From NCBI RefSeq assembly GCF_009914755.1, contig NC_060929.1: a stretch of 64,000 nucleotides of DNA. One strand, written 5' to 3'. Origin of the DNA: the human T2T-CHM13v2.0 reference genome, Homo sapiens. The notes under the pieces were generated by a model. The model was given only the letters and a program-made list of their open reading frames with translations. It ran no database searches and was not told where the DNA came from. Shown one piece after another: positions 61,851 to 64,000 of the stretch (within the stretch, counting starts at the first letter, position 1; each line of letters begins with the position of its first letter). A program made the translations under genes and the position numbers.

Positions 61851-63026
61851 TAACACACCCATTTTACCTTAACCTGGCTTGTTCACAGTATCAGAAGTAA
61901 ATGATTCTGAGGTGAAGGGATCTGACTTGGGGATTTTATGCGCATGTGTTGTTTGCCATTGTTGGTTCGGTTCCATTCAAAGCGAGAATGCTTAAAGTCT
62001 TCTCTCTGTGCATAATGAGTGAGATTCCTTTCTGCCTATGGATAAAAGATTTGCCGGTAACGACAGACATGCATTTATTAACACTTACTATAATAGGGCA
62101 AATGCTTTACATGCTTTACCTGACTGAATCCTCACAATTATATGAGATAGGTGTTATTATTGTTCCAATTGTATAGATAAGAAACCAAGTCTTAGAGTAC
62201 ATTCCTCATTTTCATGCCTCTCACTGGGTTAACTCTGCAGAAATGCTCTGAGTCACTGCCCAGTGTCCCATGCCCAGGGCCAGTGAGTGCCTCTCATAGC
62301 ACGACTATCTCTGATGAGTTCATACTCTCCTAGCTGCTGGCTCTTATCCCTTCTGCAGGGAAGAGAGGGACTAGCAATGCTCCATCCTTATACAGAGATG
62401 GCCCAGGCACCCTCACCAGTCAATCAGGACTGGCAGAGGGCCTGAGGCCACTGCAGAGGCTGCTGCACAGTTTCCCTACTACTGGGGCCGCTCCACATGC
62501 TGGTTTGCTTGTAAGAGGTCTGCTTAATTCATGTTGTGGATCAACTAGTACATGCTAGTTATTTCGGGTGTCACCTTCCCCAGGTGTCCTTTTTAGGGAG
62601 TAAATTATGGGATCATCTTATTACTAGCCCCACTAGTGAGGATAGCCAGGCATCTGGATGTGTCTGGACAGGCAACGAAGTTTCTCCCACTGTGGGATAA
62701 CCTGCCATCTCACTGGAGAACATTTGGGGAGGTAGCCCCCATTCCATATCTGGGCTTTCTGCCTTGCACTGTGATTTTAGTGGACTGATGCATTTCCACC
62801 ATCTGAAGGCCAGGGATGCTCACTCAACGTGATGCCATTTTCAAGTTTCATCATGTGTGAGTGCAGGTGGGCAAGACTTCCATATGAAAATATATATATT
62901 TTGTATTATGGTAGCTAAAACTTTCTTGATGATACTGTTACAGTAAATTCTATTGCTTTATTGCAAAACTAACTGTGGGAAAGGGATTGGTAGGTTAGAA
63001 ATTTGAACTGTGCATGTGATGTCTGA

Positions 63027-63389
<363 letters not shown>

Positions 63390-64000
63390 TAAAATGGGCT
63401 CAAACACCTTGCGCCCACTCTGGCACATCTACTTTTAAAGCTTCATTTTTCACTATTCCTTAAGATTATTTATATCTCTGTGTGGGATTTATATAATTCT
63501 GGCATTTAAACATTATTTGGGCATGCCTGATGCCTATAGAAAAGGCCCAGCAAACCCTGAAAGCCTCAATGCCCAGATCCAGCTGAAAGATACAGCTGAA
63601 AGAGACAGCCTGCAGCATCATCATCCATTGCGTCCCACTGGATTCATTGGTCACTGTCTAAGAGGGAGGGAAAGAAGCCTTGTTCCTGCCATGCTTTCCC
63701 TCTGAGGGCCAGCTGGCATCCTCAGCCTGGCTCCTGGGGCCGTCCTCTTCACTCTCTAAGCTGAAGTGACCACTCATATGGGCTGTTCCCCCTCTGAGCC
63801 TGGCCAAGGGGCTGAGAGTAACATTTGGGTGTGCAAAAGGATGACATAATGGGGTACCCCTCTCAGGTAATAAATATGTTGGTGTTTTTACAAGGGGTTT
63901 CTTGGGGACAGGATTCCTTAATTCAAGCAGGTAACTTGTAGACATGGAAATTCCCTTGGGTGCTCCTCACATTGCACCAGCAGAGACACCTCTGTGCTCC

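Overview
Human (hominid) genomic DNA rich in Alu and L1 repeats, recognisable as the TENT2 (PAPD4/GLD2)-CMYA5 locus on 5q14.1. Both genes are on the + strand. Bases 1-~6.5 kb hold the last two coding exons and the 3' UTR of TENT2. A CpG-island promoter at ~7.9-8.7 kb drives CMYA5 (myospryn). Its visible exons are exon 1 (CDS 8182-8330), a giant 10,489-nt exon 2 (46871-57359) after a 38.5-kb repeat-rich intron, exon 3 (61749-61844) and exon 4 (63144-63377). The gene continues past the window. All CMYA5 splice phases join into one reading frame. There is no CRISPR array, no RNA gene I can support, and no prokaryote-style novel system; most short ORFs in the track are repeat or antisense artefacts. 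Five leads deserve follow-up: (1) a MEF2/GATA/NKX motif cluster in intron 1 ending in a splice donor that would give an in-frame alternative first exon; (2) two layers of internal repeats and a twice-repeated YFEKYxL motif in exon 2; (3) a duplicated 22-nt poly(A)-signal cassette with CPE/Pumilio motifs in the TENT2 3' UTR; (4) a solo ERVK-class LTR; (5) a young AluYa5. Repeat subfamily names and SNP identities come from memory and need checking. Repeat boundaries are approximate unless a TSD is quoted.
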